DNA from: Alphaproteobacteria bacterium
Lineage (GTDB): Bacteria > Pseudomonadota > Alphaproteobacteria > Bin95
Direction: 5' to 3'
Length of the DNA: 64,000 nt
Assembly (NCBI GenBank): GCA_030833925.1
Contig: JAURGE010000001.1
Location: forward strand, 79,535-143,534
Both the position numbers and the translations under genes were made by a program. The notes beneath the pieces were generated by a model that was not told the origin of the DNA, ran no database searches, and saw only the letters and a program-made list of their open reading frames with translations. Shown here in pieces: positions 50,714-60,558 of the stretch. Positions within the stretch are counted from its first letter, which is position 1. Every line of letters starts with the position of its first letter.

Positions 50714-50909
50714 CCGAATTACTCCTTCTGGACCTATGTTACAGAGGCCCCGGCGGCCGGTTGAGCCGCTCCAAAAAGTTGTTCAAGCCCAGAAAATACT
50801 TTTATAGGCTTAGCGAAATGCTTACTTGGGTAGTGAAAAGAGAAATCGCTAGCCCGATGCAGCACCTGCGTCATTTCTCACCATAACGCCGGAGCCACTT
50901 AAAGCAACT

Positions 50910-51377
50910 ATGACTTGGTTAATCTTCCTCTTATTTATAGGTATTCCAATTGCTGAAATTGCAGTTCTAATAAGCGCTGGCGAGGCAATTGGCCTTTGGA
51001 TGACGATAGGTCTTGTTATCCTAACTGCCGCATGTGGTGCGTCGTTGGCGCGTGCGGAGGGTCGGGTAGCGATGCAGCGGCTTGCTACGGCGAGTTCTTC
51101 TGACGCTCCGCTGGCGGTGATTGATGCAGCGGCAATCTTTATCGGAGCTGTCCTGCTCTTGACGCCTGGATTTATTACCGATGCCTTTGGATTGTCTCTA
51201 GTTTTCCGCCCAACCAGATTACTTTGGGCACAGCTGTTGTTAAGATATCTGCGCAGCCGTCGCAGTAGAGGTTATGAAGAAGTGATAATAGAAGGTGAAT
51301 TTTCCGAAACTAGCTCACATGATGCAGCATCGATTCAAAAAAACCACCAGTCAGCAGCAAAACCTGATCAGCAATGA
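50910..51377 (+). CDS. fxsA: FxsA family membrane protein
   Basis: Two N-terminal TM helices and a GFITDxxG motif. Confidence 0.7.
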   Translation: MTWLIFLLFIGIPIAEIAVLISAGEAIGLWMTIGLVILTAACGASLARAEGRVAMQRLATASSSDAPLAVIDAAAIFIGAVLLLTPGFITDAFGLSLVFRPTRLLWAQLLLRYLRSRRSRGYEEVIIEGEFSETSSHDAASIQKNHQSAAKPDQQ

Positions 51378-51940
51378 TCCTTCTTCGTCACGGACAAACA
51401 ATTTTTAACCTGCATTTCAGCAAAGGCAGAATTGACCCAGGTATTCCAGACCCTGAATTAACATTAGTCGGCCGCGAACAGGCGGCCCAAGCAGCAGCCC
51501 TGTTGGCTTCAGAAGTGATTACTAGAATAGTCTCAAGCCCATACACCCGAGCGATTGAAACGGCGCTGATAGTCGGAGAATATTTGAGACTAAATGTCGA
51601 AATCGATCCTGATATTCGCGAAAGGGCCGGTTTTTCCTGCGATATAGGCAGCACTCCAGAGGATCTAATGGCTCGCTGGCCGAGCCTTGATTTTTCTGGC
51701 CTAGAGACTGAGTGGTGGGCGTATTCGGGTGATCCCTTAAAATCGGGTCTGGATGAACCAGAACCATATTTTCTCGCACGCATAGAGAAATTCAGAAAAC
51801 GGCTATCGCTTCAAAGTGATTGGAAAAACACATTAGTAGTGTGTCACTGGGGCCCGATCCGAGCGATGACTGGTCAGCAAATAGAAAATGGCTATTTCGT
51901 CAAACACGACCCCCGCTCCAGCATGCAATCGGCATCATAA
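51374..51940 (+). CDS. histidine phosphatase (phosphoglycerate mutase-like) family protein
   Basis: The sequence starts with an RHGQT motif (ILLRHGQT). Confidence 0.7.
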   Translation: MILLRHGQTIFNLHFSKGRIDPGIPDPELTLVGREQAAQAAALLASEVITRIVSSPYTRAIETALIVGEYLRLNVEIDPDIRERAGFSCDIGSTPEDLMARWPSLDFSGLETEWWAYSGDPLKSGLDEPEPYFLARIEKFRKRLSLQSDWKNTLVVCHWGPIRAMTGQQIENGYFVKHDPRSSMQSAS

Positions 51941-52048
51941 ATTAGGTTGTTTTTTTAACCACGAATAAATAACTGGCGTAGCAGGCTGCAAATTTTTCTC
52001 TGTTGCTGATACAAAACTGAGCACTTCACATTTTAGGAGACAGCCAGA

Positions 52049-52528
52049 ATGGCTGAGACAGAGTCCGCTTCCAATACAAACGCCCAGCCTGCGCCCATAA
52101 CTCTAACGGTCCAGTACCTAAAGGATCTTTCTTTTGAAAATCCAAACTCGCCGCAAAGCTTAGCTAATTTAAATCCGCCACCGTCGATTGCTGTTGACGT
52201 AGATGTTGAAGTCCGGGAGCTTGGAGGTCGATATTTCGAAGCCGTGGTCCATATCCGAGCGACAGCATCCAGAGATGAAGACACATTCTTTGTAGTAGAG
52301 GTTAGTTATGGCGGCGTCTGCGCAATAGCAGAAGGTGTTGCCGAGGAGCATGTGCGACCCCTTGTCATGATCGAAGGCCCCCGGCTTCTCTTTCCATTCG
52401 CGCGCGCAATTCTGGCGGACGCTGTGCGTGATGGCGGATTCCCACCGCTGCTCATAAACCCCATTGATTTCAATGATTTATATAAAAATATGCAGCAAAA
52501 GGGGACAGATGCTTCCACGACGGGGTGA
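52049..52528 (+). CDS. secB: protein-export chaperone SecB
   Basis: 159 aa with a SecB-like sequence. Confidence 0.85.
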   Translation: MAETESASNTNAQPAPITLTVQYLKDLSFENPNSPQSLANLNPPPSIAVDVDVEVRELGGRYFEAVVHIRATASRDEDTFFVVEVSYGGVCAIAEGVAEEHVRPLVMIEGPRLLFPFARAILADAVRDGGFPPLLINPIDFNDLYKNMQQKGTDASTTG

Positions 52529-52574
52529 TTTCATTGACCGCACCTGCTTATAGGATTGGTATCCAACCCACGAC

Positions 52575-52589
52575 CCACCACGTTGGTGG
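52575..52589. terminator. short hairpin CCACCA-CGT-TGGTGG between the convergent secB and tRNA-Arg genes; weak terminator candidate
   Basis: Inverted repeat read in the sequence. There is no strong U-tract. Confidence 0.25.
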
Positions 52590-52643
52590 CTTCATCAAGG
52601 TGATTGCAAATAGTATTTAAATGGAATGTTTCTGACCAAGTAA

Positions 52644-52719
<76 letters not shown>

Positions 52720-52973
52720 TTGATAACTTATTCCTAGCTGAAGCAAGCGAGTGTGGAAAGCTGTTTGTATGCGACCGAGGTGACTGACGTAGCATCTAGC
52801 CTTCGATTTATGGCATTCTTTCCTATCCTTCGGTACTGAACATAAAAAACTTTTTAGCCCGGCATGTTTAAACTAGTTGGCAATAACATAATCCGAGACA
52901 ATGGGATCAAGCTAAGGGTTGCGCTTTGCCGCTTGTTAAAACTAATTGTTTATAAAATTAGGGAGAGGTCTCT

Positions 52974-53654
52974 ATGCGCTTCGATGTACAAGAGCTGAAT
53001 GGGGCTGAGACTGTCGTTGAGGTCAATGTAACAGATGTAGTGATTGGCGGTTGGACCGGACGCGATCAGGCTGCGGTACAACATCATATTGATGAGTTGG
53101 CCGAGATTGGTGTGCCTGCTCCATCTAAGACGCCTTTATTCTATCGCGTTGCTGCCGAACTTCTCACTCAGTCCCCCTATATCCAAACCGTAGGTAATGA
53201 CGGTTCCGGTGAGGTCGAGGCGGTTTTGGTGGGAACTAGTTCAGGCACTTTGGTTGCCGTTGGTTCCGATCACACCGATCGTAAGGCAGAAGCTTGGTCA
53301 GTAGCGCTGTCTAAGCAGCTTTGCTGCAAGCCGATCTCATCGCAAGCGTGGCGGCTACAGGAGGTGTTAGCTGTCTGGGATAATATCCGACTACAGTCTG
53401 CTCAGGAGCAGGATGGAGCTACAGTTGATTATCAGGATGGAACCCTCAGTGCTTGCAGGCGGCCAGAGGAAATGATCAAGCTTTTCACAGGAGCGGAAGA
53501 CTTACCTGAGGGTACAGTTCTCTTTCTCGGCACCATTCCAGTGATTGGTCAGATCAGGGGTGGTGATGCATTCGCTATGAGGCTTTTTGATCCTGCTCAT
53601 GACCGATCCATTGGACATGCTTACAGGGTTGAGCCGCTCCCGGTAATTTCGTGA
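52974..53654 (+). CDS. conserved hypothetical protein
   Basis: 226-aa ORF with good coding character. No diagnostic motif was recognised. Confidence 0.45.
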   Translation: MRFDVQELNGAETVVEVNVTDVVIGGWTGRDQAAVQHHIDELAEIGVPAPSKTPLFYRVAAELLTQSPYIQTVGNDGSGEVEAVLVGTSSGTLVAVGSDHTDRKAEAWSVALSKQLCCKPISSQAWRLQEVLAVWDNIRLQSAQEQDGATVDYQDGTLSACRRPEEMIKLFTGAEDLPEGTVLFLGTIPVIGQIRGGDAFAMRLFDPAHDRSIGHAYRVEPLPVIS

Positions 53655-53719
53655 CAACATATGAGCGAAAAGTGAGCTAATCGAGAGAAGCGTAGTTCGA
53701 CATCGGAGTAACACACTCA

Positions 53720-54202
53720 ATGCGAAAGATTTTTGTACTTGCCACGGTTGGTGTTGTTCTTGCTGGGTGTTCGAGGGAGCCTACGGGGCGCGATGTTGGT
53801 TCATTTGTTGGGGCAACTGCCGGGATTTTATTGGGTTCCCAAGTTGACTCCAGTGTTGGACGTGCAGTCGCGATGTTGGGTCTCGCGGCCGTGGGCAGCT
53901 GGCTGGGCGGAGAGCTTGGAGAGCATCTTTCAAATGAAGATCGCAAGATAGCCGGAATGGCAACTCAGGAGGCATTAGGCGATTCTGAAACTGGAAAGAC
54001 TACGGTTTGGTCTAATCCTGACACAGGTGCTTCTGGCAAAGTTACGCCCGGCCCAACCTATCTTGCAAAAAGTGGCTCTCTAGAAGGGAGACAATGCCGA
54101 GATATAAAGGTAGCCGTTTCACCTAAAGATCATCCAACCCAACAGGCAAGTCGCACCGCTTGTCGTAAACCTAATGGTGATTGGGAAATTTTAGGCGCGT
54201 GA
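53720..54202 (+). CDS. lipoprotein with glycine-zipper (17-kDa surface antigen-like) region
   Basis: Lipobox (LAGC) followed by a Gly-zipper segment (GATAGILLGSQV...AVGSWLGGELG). Confidence 0.6.
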   Translation: MRKIFVLATVGVVLAGCSREPTGRDVGSFVGATAGILLGSQVDSSVGRAVAMLGLAAVGSWLGGELGEHLSNEDRKIAGMATQEALGDSETGKTTVWSNPDTGASGKVTPGPTYLAKSGSLEGRQCRDIKVAVSPKDHPTQQASRTACRKPNGDWEILGA

Positions 54203-54211
54203 GATTGGAAC

Positions 54212-55132
54212 ATGGCTGATCCCTATGCTTTGCTTGGACTAAAAAAGACTGCGAGCCAGGCAGAAATAAAATCTGCCTTTCGTAAAGTTGCCAAACGCCT
54301 TCATCCCGATGCCAACCCGGGTGACAAGAATGCCGAGCGCCAATTTAAAGAAGCAAATGCCGCATATGATCTCCTATCGGATCCGGTAAAGCGTAGGCGC
54401 TTTGATGCTGGTGAAATTGATTCTGAAGGAAAGGAAACCTTTCGTGCTTCTGGCTTTGGAAGGGGTGGACACCCAGGAGGAGGTGGTTTCAGTGCGGGAT
54501 TTGGCGAACAGGGCGCCAGACGTTTTGCGACTGATGACCTTTTCAGCGAGCTTTTTGAAAATTTCGGAGGGCGCCGCCAGAAGCAGTCATCGCGAGGGGG
54601 GGATATTCGAGTTAATCTGACGGTGAGCTTTCTCGATGCTGCAATGGGGGCCTCCAAGCGGGTGCGGTTACCAACTGGCCGAACAGTTGACGTGCGAGTC
54701 CCGCCAGCAACGGAAAGCGGACAAGCTCTAAGATTAAGCGGCCTCGGGCAGGCTGGCATTGATGGCAATAAGGCGGGCGATGCCATCGTTGAAATTACTG
54801 TTTCCCCTCATAAATTCTTCCGCCGCGAAGGTTGGGATATAAGGATTGATCTCCCTATAACCCTGAAGGAATCAGTTCTGGGCGCTCGGGTTTCCACACC
54901 GACAGTTGATGGACCTGTAATGCTGACAGTTCCTGCGGGCGCTCAATCTGGCGCTGTGCTCCGCTTAAAGGGTAAGGGGCTTGCTAAGCCGGGCAATCTG
55001 AAAGAGCGGGGTGATCAATTGGTATATCTTTCGGTGAGATTGCCGGAAAAAATCTCTGATGACCTGCGCCAGATCGTTCAAAGCCTCGCGGATGATGGTG
55101 ACGAGTTACGCCGTAAAGTTGGCTTGAACTGA
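54212..55132 (+). CDS. J-domain protein (CbpA/DnaJ-like, no zinc-finger domain)
   Basis: N-terminal J domain with an HPD motif, a Gly/Phe-rich linker, and a DnaJ C-terminal domain. Confidence 0.8.
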   Translation: MADPYALLGLKKTASQAEIKSAFRKVAKRLHPDANPGDKNAERQFKEANAAYDLLSDPVKRRRFDAGEIDSEGKETFRASGFGRGGHPGGGGFSAGFGEQGARRFATDDLFSELFENFGGRRQKQSSRGGDIRVNLTVSFLDAAMGASKRVRLPTGRTVDVRVPPATESGQALRLSGLGQAGIDGNKAGDAIVEITVSPHKFFRREGWDIRIDLPITLKESVLGARVSTPTVDGPVMLTVPAGAQSGAVLRLKGKGLAKPGNLKERGDQLVYLSVRLPEKISDDLRQIVQSLADDGDELRRKVGLN

Positions 55133-55221
55133 GGCTGGTTAACCACTTTTGGCAGACAGCATTAATTTTTATGTGCTCACAATTTTTGATTTTAACCGAT
55201 TTCAATAGCAGAGAGGAATTT

Positions 55222-55626
55222 ATGATGGACACTTCCAAATATAACGCCAATGAGGCTTTTCTTGCTGGTTTGAAGGTTAGAGAAGAGGTGCTTGGTTCAG
55301 AGTACGTTGGGAAATCAGTTGAGAATGGAGCAAAGGACGAATTCACACGAACTTTGCAGCAGTTCGTTACTGAAACAGCCTGGGGTACTGTTTGGTTGCG
55401 TGAAGGCCTTGACCGAAAAACTCGCAGTATGCTCAACCTTGCTATGCTTGCCGCAATGGGCCGCGAAGGTGAACTTCGTTTACACACCCGTGGCGCGATA
55501 AATAATGGCTGTTCCAAAGAAGAAATTGCGGAAGTATTTCTCCAGGCTGCGGTCTATGCCGGTGCGCCATCAGCCGTTACCGCTTTCAAGGTAGCCAAAG
55601 AAGTTTTTGACGATATGGGCGTCTAA
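55222..55626 (+). CDS. carboxymuconolactone decarboxylase (CMD) family protein
   Basis: CMD-fold sequence. The start is set at the ATG 5 nt after a GAGAGG ribosome-binding site; the longest ORF would start at 55171. Confidence 0.65.
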   Translation: MMDTSKYNANEAFLAGLKVREEVLGSEYVGKSVENGAKDEFTRTLQQFVTETAWGTVWLREGLDRKTRSMLNLAMLAAMGREGELRLHTRGAINNGCSKEEIAEVFLQAAVYAGAPSAVTAFKVAKEVFDDMGV

Positions 55627-55635
55627 TTAGAGTAG

Positions 55636-55657
55636 CCGGTTCCGACCGGGTATTTTT
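55636..55657 (+). terminator. rho-independent terminator candidate after the CMD gene
   Basis: Hairpin CCGGT-TCCG-ACCGG followed by GTATTTTTGG. Confidence 0.45.
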
Positions 55658-55661
55658 GGCT

Positions 55662-55690
55662 AAAGGGTCAACGAGCTGAGTTGACCCTTT
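55662..55690. repeat. perfect 11-bp inverted repeat AAAGGGTCAAC-N7-GTTGACCCTTT between convergent genes (bidirectional terminator or protein-binding palindrome)
   Basis: Read directly in the sequence. Confidence 0.5.
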
Positions 55691-55773
55691 AGCTATAATT
55701 GTTTTGCTGATTGGGGGCCTAAAGTTGAATCCCCTTTAAAACAGCGTTTTGACTAAGGGGCGCCCAATGGCCG

Positions 55774-56937
55774 TTACTGGTGTTTTTTTAGCATTCGACG
55801 AGCAATGACCATCCTGTGCACTTCGGTTGGGCCCTCGTAGATGCGCGATAGGCGAAGCCTTTGGGACATAATTGCGAAGGGGAGTTCACGGGTCATTCCC
55901 ATTGCACCAAAACTTTGCATCGCGTGGTCAACCACCTCGGTAGCCATTTCAGTAGCAAAAACCTTGATCATAGATGCTTCAGTTCGAACGTCTGCCCCGG
56001 CCTCTTGCTTTGCGGCGGCGTCCATCACCATTAGGCGAGTGGCGTGAATTTTAGTTGCTGCGTCAGCAATCCACCATTGAATGGCTTGTCGGTCTGAGAG
56101 TTTCTGTCCGAAAGTTTCGCGCTGCTGCACGTGTTCACACATCATTTTTAATGCGCGCTCTGCCATACCGACGCCCATTGCCCCCATTTCCAGGCGCCGA
56201 ACTGTCAAGCGTTTTTGCATTGGAGCGAAGCCATTACCAACCTCACCCAATATTGACGAATCTGGCAAACGAACGTCATCGAATACCAATTCGTAAGTTC
56301 GCGCACCCGCAAGCATTGGAATTTCACGCTCAATGGAAAACCCTGGGGTATCGGTATCCATGATGAAGGCAGTTATGCCGCCACGAGCCCCTTTTGAAGA
56401 ATCCGTCGCTGCCATTACAATGAGAAAATCGGCCTTAGGAACGCCAGAGACCCAGATCTTACGGCCATTTATTACCCAATCATCGCCATCTTTAACTGCC
56501 CTGGTTTTCATATGTGCAGGATCACCGCCTGCGCCTGGCTCGGAGATTGCAATATTGGACTTTAACTTTCCTTGGGCGTACGGCTCCATGTACTGCTTCT
56601 TCTGCTCAGGCGATCCTACGGCCATAAGCATGTGCAGGTTTGGGCTGTCAGGAGGAAATATGAAGGGGGTTACAGTGCTTTTCAGCTTCTCTTGAATGGC
56701 AAGCATGACGGAAGTGCGGATATTTGATCCACCAACCTCCTCAGGCGCATCAAGAGCCCAAAGGCCAAGCTCCTTACACTTTGCTAGAAGTGGCTCTGCC
56801 TCCTCTGGAAGCAGGGCTACCTCGCCCCCCTTTGCTTCTCGGGCCATCACAGCTTTTTCGAGGGGCATCAGCTCATTGTCGACAAATTTGTCAACCAGAT
56901 CGAGCAACATCCGTTCTTCTTCGGCGAACTCCATCAT
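55774..56937 (-). CDS. acyl-CoA dehydrogenase (canonical catalytic Glu present)
   Basis: ACAD fold with a C-terminal IYEGPTEV motif, which corresponds to the MCAD Glu376-type catalytic base. Confidence 0.85.
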   Translation of the reverse strand: MMEFAEEERMLLDLVDKFVDNELMPLEKAVMAREAKGGEVALLPEEAEPLLAKCKELGLWALDAPEEVGGSNIRTSVMLAIQEKLKSTVTPFIFPPDSPNLHMLMAVGSPEQKKQYMEPYAQGKLKSNIAISEPGAGGDPAHMKTRAVKDGDDWVINGRKIWVSGVPKADFLIVMAATDSSKGARGGITAFIMDTDTPGFSIEREIPMLAGARTYELVFDDVRLPDSSILGEVGNGFAPMQKRLTVRRLEMGAMGVGMAERALKMMCEHVQQRETFGQKLSDRQAIQWWIADAATKIHATRLMVMDAAAKQEAGADVRTEASMIKVFATEMATEVVDHAMQSFGAMGMTRELPFAIMSQRLRLSRIYEGPTEVHRMVIARRMLKKHQ

Positions 56938-56949
56938 TAACTCAGGTCC

Positions 56950-57870
56950 TTATTCGAGGGGTAATCCGGGATGCATGGCTCGGCTATCGCCCATATTGAC
57001 GAAACCTGTCTGCAAGGCTGGCATGCCGTTTTCAGCTATTGTTTCAGGGGTCCAGCCGTGATTGCGATGTACCATTCTGACAGGTCTCATCGCACCGTAA
57101 AGCGTTAACTCCGCTCCACGCTGATGAAAAACTTGACCGTTTACATAAGAGGCGCCTTCTGAAGCTAAGAAAACACATAGAGGTGCGATCGCGTCAGCGG
57201 GGCTTAAACGAAGTCGCTCCTCCCGAATACGCGCTGCATCGGGATCTTTTGGTGTTGGAACTGATCGGGTCATGCGTGTATCAGCTGAAGGCAGAATAGC
57301 GTTTGAGGTTATTCCTCTATTAGCATTTTCCATGGCGACAATGCGCGTCAAAGCGACGATGCCCATTTTGGCGGAACCGTAGTTTGCCTGTCCAATGTTT
57401 CCAAGTACGCCAGATGTGGAAGAGACCATAATCATTCGACCATATTCTTGCTCTCTGAAAAGGTTAATGGCGGCGCGATTGATGTTGAAGTGTCCGTTAA
57501 GATGAACGTTGATTACATCCTTCCAGTCTTCAGGGGACATCTTGTGGAACATGCGATCACGCAGAATCCCAGCTGGATTGAAGACTACATGACAGCCGCC
57601 TAGCTCGTCGCGCGCCTGTTCAACCATCCCTAGACAATCTTCGAAAGATGTGACCGATCCAAAGTTAGCAACTGCCTCCCCACCAGCAGCCTTGATTTCA
57701 TCCACGATTGACTGAGCCGGCGTCGTATCTCCGCCCTCACCACCTCCGCCGACGCCTGGATCATTTACAAGCACTTTTGCCCCATTTGCGGCCATTAACT
57801 TCGCCACTTCTGCACCCACTCCGCGGCCAGATCCCGTGCAGATTGCTACTTTTCCTTCGAGCATGCCCAT
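56950..57870 (-). CDS. SDR family 3-hydroxyacyl-CoA dehydrogenase-like protein (Hsd4A / 17-beta-HSD4 N-domain-like)
   Basis: 306 aa with TGSGRGVG and YGSAK motifs. It has an extended C-terminus relative to classical SDRs. Confidence 0.65.
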   Translation of the reverse strand: MGMLEGKVAICTGSGRGVGAEVAKLMAANGAKVLVNDPGVGGGGEGGDTTPAQSIVDEIKAAGGEAVANFGSVTSFEDCLGMVEQARDELGGCHVVFNPAGILRDRMFHKMSPEDWKDVINVHLNGHFNINRAAINLFREQEYGRMIMVSSTSGVLGNIGQANYGSAKMGIVALTRIVAMENANRGITSNAILPSADTRMTRSVPTPKDPDAARIREERLRLSPADAIAPLCVFLASEGASYVNGQVFHQRGAELTLYGAMRPVRMVHRNHGWTPETIAENGMPALQTGFVNMGDSRAMHPGLPLE

Positions 57871-58155
57871 TGGTAATTTCCTGCTTAAATTTTGTTTCTG
57901 TGCTCAGTGTCAGTCCGGGACTGGTTTTGGTCAACTTATTGGCACAGTTACATCTATTCTTTCGAAAAGAATTTTATTTTTACGACCTTAAGGCTGGTGC
58001 CAACGAATTAATTTTTGGGCTAACTAAACCTCAGGTTTCTATCAAAAATTAGCTGATAGACATTCTTCAATCCTTGCATAAGTGCAAACTTTCTTGCAGC
58101 TTCTTCCTTTGGTTCGATCAAATAAACAATCCTTTCGATCAGGATGTGACATCGC

Positions 58156-59277
58156 ATGAAATTTAGTTTTTCAGAGGAACAAGAAGAGTTCCGAACGGCT
58201 CTGCGGCGCTTTTTGCAGGCAAAATCTCCAACAACGGAAGTTCGTAAGCAGATGCAGACCGAACAAGGCTACGATCCGGCTGTTTGGCAGCAGATGTGTA
58301 ATGAGTTAGCACTGGCTTCTCTTCATATCCCCGAAGAATATGGTGGTGCTGGTTTCGGCATCGCGGATCTCTCCATCGCCTGCGAGGAGATGGGGCGAGC
58401 CCTGCTGTGTTCGCCCTATTTTGGTTCCGTTGTGTTGGCTGCAACCGCAATACGAGAGGCCGGTTCCGAAGATCAGAGACGCCAGTTTTTGCCTGCCTTT
58501 GCTGCAGGCGAAACTATTGGCGCTCTCTGCGTAGTCGAAGGCCGTGGCGGTTGGGCAGCAGAGGCAATCTCAATGGTTGCTCAAAAGGATGGCAATAGCT
58601 ACCGGCTGTCCGGTGACAAGAGCCATGTAGTCGATGGATTGATGGCGAGCGTTTTAGTTGTGGTCGCGAAAAAGCCAGATGGGGAGCTAGGTTTATTCAT
58701 CGTGAAAGCGGAAGCTGATGGCGTGTCGCGTAAGGCTCAAGCTTCGATGGATCCAACTCGCAAACTCGCTGCTGTTTCGTTTTCCAATACGCCCGCTGAA
58801 TTGCTTAATGGCGATAATGCTAGTGGGGCCTATGAACGTACTCTTGATATCGCCTTGGCTTGCCTAGCGGGAGAAATGGTTGGTGGGGCAGAGCGGCTTC
58901 GTGAGGACGCGCTAGAATACGTTTCCATGCGGATGCAATTTGGTCGTTCGATAGCATCATTCCAAGTTACCAAACACAAAGCAGCTGATATGCTCTTGGA
59001 TGTGGAACTTGCAAAATCTGCTGCCTATTACGCGGCGGCTGCGGTTGACGAGGGAGATGCTGACGCCCGTGGGGTGGTCGCATTGGCAAAGGCTGGTGCC
59101 TCTGATGCTTATATTCAAACAGCTGTTCACGCTGTCCAGATGCATGGTGGCATAGGGTTTACCTTTGATAATGATACCCATCTTTGGTTTAAACGCGCGA
59201 AGGCAAGTGAAGTATTTCTAGGCGACGCAAACCAGAACCGGGAACGAATGCTGCAAAACTGGGGTGACGATTCATGA
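58156..59277 (+). CDS. acyl-CoA dehydrogenase family protein (lacks the canonical YEG Glu)
   Basis: ACAD fold. The MCAD-type YEG position reads VFLGDANQ (Glu replaced by Leu) by eye alignment. Its stop overlaps the next ACAD start (ATGA). Confidence 0.8.
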   Translation: MKFSFSEEQEEFRTALRRFLQAKSPTTEVRKQMQTEQGYDPAVWQQMCNELALASLHIPEEYGGAGFGIADLSIACEEMGRALLCSPYFGSVVLAATAIREAGSEDQRRQFLPAFAAGETIGALCVVEGRGGWAAEAISMVAQKDGNSYRLSGDKSHVVDGLMASVLVVVAKKPDGELGLFIVKAEADGVSRKAQASMDPTRKLAAVSFSNTPAELLNGDNASGAYERTLDIALACLAGEMVGGAERLREDALEYVSMRMQFGRSIASFQVTKHKAADMLLDVELAKSAAYYAAAAVDEGDADARGVVALAKAGASDAYIQTAVHAVQMHGGIGFTFDNDTHLWFKRAKASEVFLGDANQNRERMLQNWGDDS

Positions 59278-60530
59278 CTACTATGACTGAGGACGAAGTT
59301 CGCTCCCAGGTCCGCGATTATTTGGAAGCAAATTGGGATCCCAATCGTGGCCTTGTTGAATGGCGCGGCATGCTTGCTGAGTCTGGGTGGGGAATGCCGC
59401 ACTGGCCAAAGGAATGGCTAGGCCGTGGTTTGCCACTTGGGATGACGGCAATTGTGGATGAAGAATTTAATAAGTTCGGTGCGATAGGGGCTGCAAAAAT
59501 GGGCATACGCGTGCTTGCAGCAGCAACTATCCTGGAGCACGGCACAGATCTGCAAAAACAAAAATATCTCAAAGGTATAATGACTGGTGAGGAAACTTGG
59601 TGTCAGCTGTTTTCAGAGCCGGGGTCGGGTTCTGATCTAGCTGGTGCTGCAACCAGAGCCGACTTTAAGGACGGTAAGTGGATCATTAATGGACAGAAGG
59701 TATGGACGACAAGTGCCCATCATGCTGACTATGCGCTCTTGCTTGCCAGAACTGATTGGGATGCCGTCAAGCACAAAGGTCTAAGCTATTTCATTCTCGA
59801 CATGCATCAGCCGGGTGTCCAAGTGCATCAGCTAAAACAGATGAATGGGCATGCATCCTTCAATCAAGTTTTCATCACAGACGCCGCGATAGAAGCAAAC
59901 ATGCAGGTGGGCGAACTCGGTGAAGGCTGGAAAGTTGCAACTACAACCTTGATGAATGAGCGTCGAGGAGCCGACTCTGCCCGTCGCTATGAAAGTGGGA
60001 CAGATAGGCCAGAGCGAATTTACGAGGAAGAGCGTCAAGAAATAGCTACAGTCATGGCGCCTTACACCTGGTATCCTCAACGCACCGGCCGGGTGGATTT
60101 GTTGATTGACCAAGCGAAAGCTATGGGGGTGTGGAATGACCCCGACATTCGTCAAGAAATTGCCAAAACACTAACTATTGCTAAGTCTGCTGAGTGGACG
60201 GCCAGACGAGCCCGTGCAGCATCACAGGCTGGGAAACCTCAGGGACCAGAAGGCTCCATCGGCAAGCTTGCGGCTTCAATTGTCGCTCGCTCAGCAAACT
60301 TAACCCACACTAAAATAGCAGGCCCAAACGCTATGCTAACCGGTGAAGAGGATGGGGCTGGCGGCGTGGTAGCGGAAATCTTGGTATCCACACCAGCTAT
60401 TTCTATCGCTGGCGGCACTGACGAAATTCAGCGAAATATCATTTCAGAGCGAATACTCAAAATGCCCAAGGAAAACCGGACAGATACTGACCGTCCCTTC
60501 CGTGACGTTCCCCGAAATCAAGTCGGATGA
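59274..60530 (+). CDS. acyl-CoA dehydrogenase family protein (lacks the canonical YEG Glu)
   Basis: ACAD fold. The YEG position reads IAGGTDEIQRNII (Glu replaced by Gly). It is translationally coupled to the upstream ACAD. Confidence 0.8.
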   Translation: MTTMTEDEVRSQVRDYLEANWDPNRGLVEWRGMLAESGWGMPHWPKEWLGRGLPLGMTAIVDEEFNKFGAIGAAKMGIRVLAAATILEHGTDLQKQKYLKGIMTGEETWCQLFSEPGSGSDLAGAATRADFKDGKWIINGQKVWTTSAHHADYALLLARTDWDAVKHKGLSYFILDMHQPGVQVHQLKQMNGHASFNQVFITDAAIEANMQVGELGEGWKVATTTLMNERRGADSARRYESGTDRPERIYEEERQEIATVMAPYTWYPQRTGRVDLLIDQAKAMGVWNDPDIRQEIAKTLTIAKSAEWTARRARAASQAGKPQGPEGSIGKLAASIVARSANLTHTKIAGPNAMLTGEEDGAGGVVAEILVSTPAISIAGGTDEIQRNIISERILKMPKENRTDTDRPFRDVPRNQVG

Positions 60531-60558
60531 GACCTAAAGAAACTGCAGGATATTTAGA

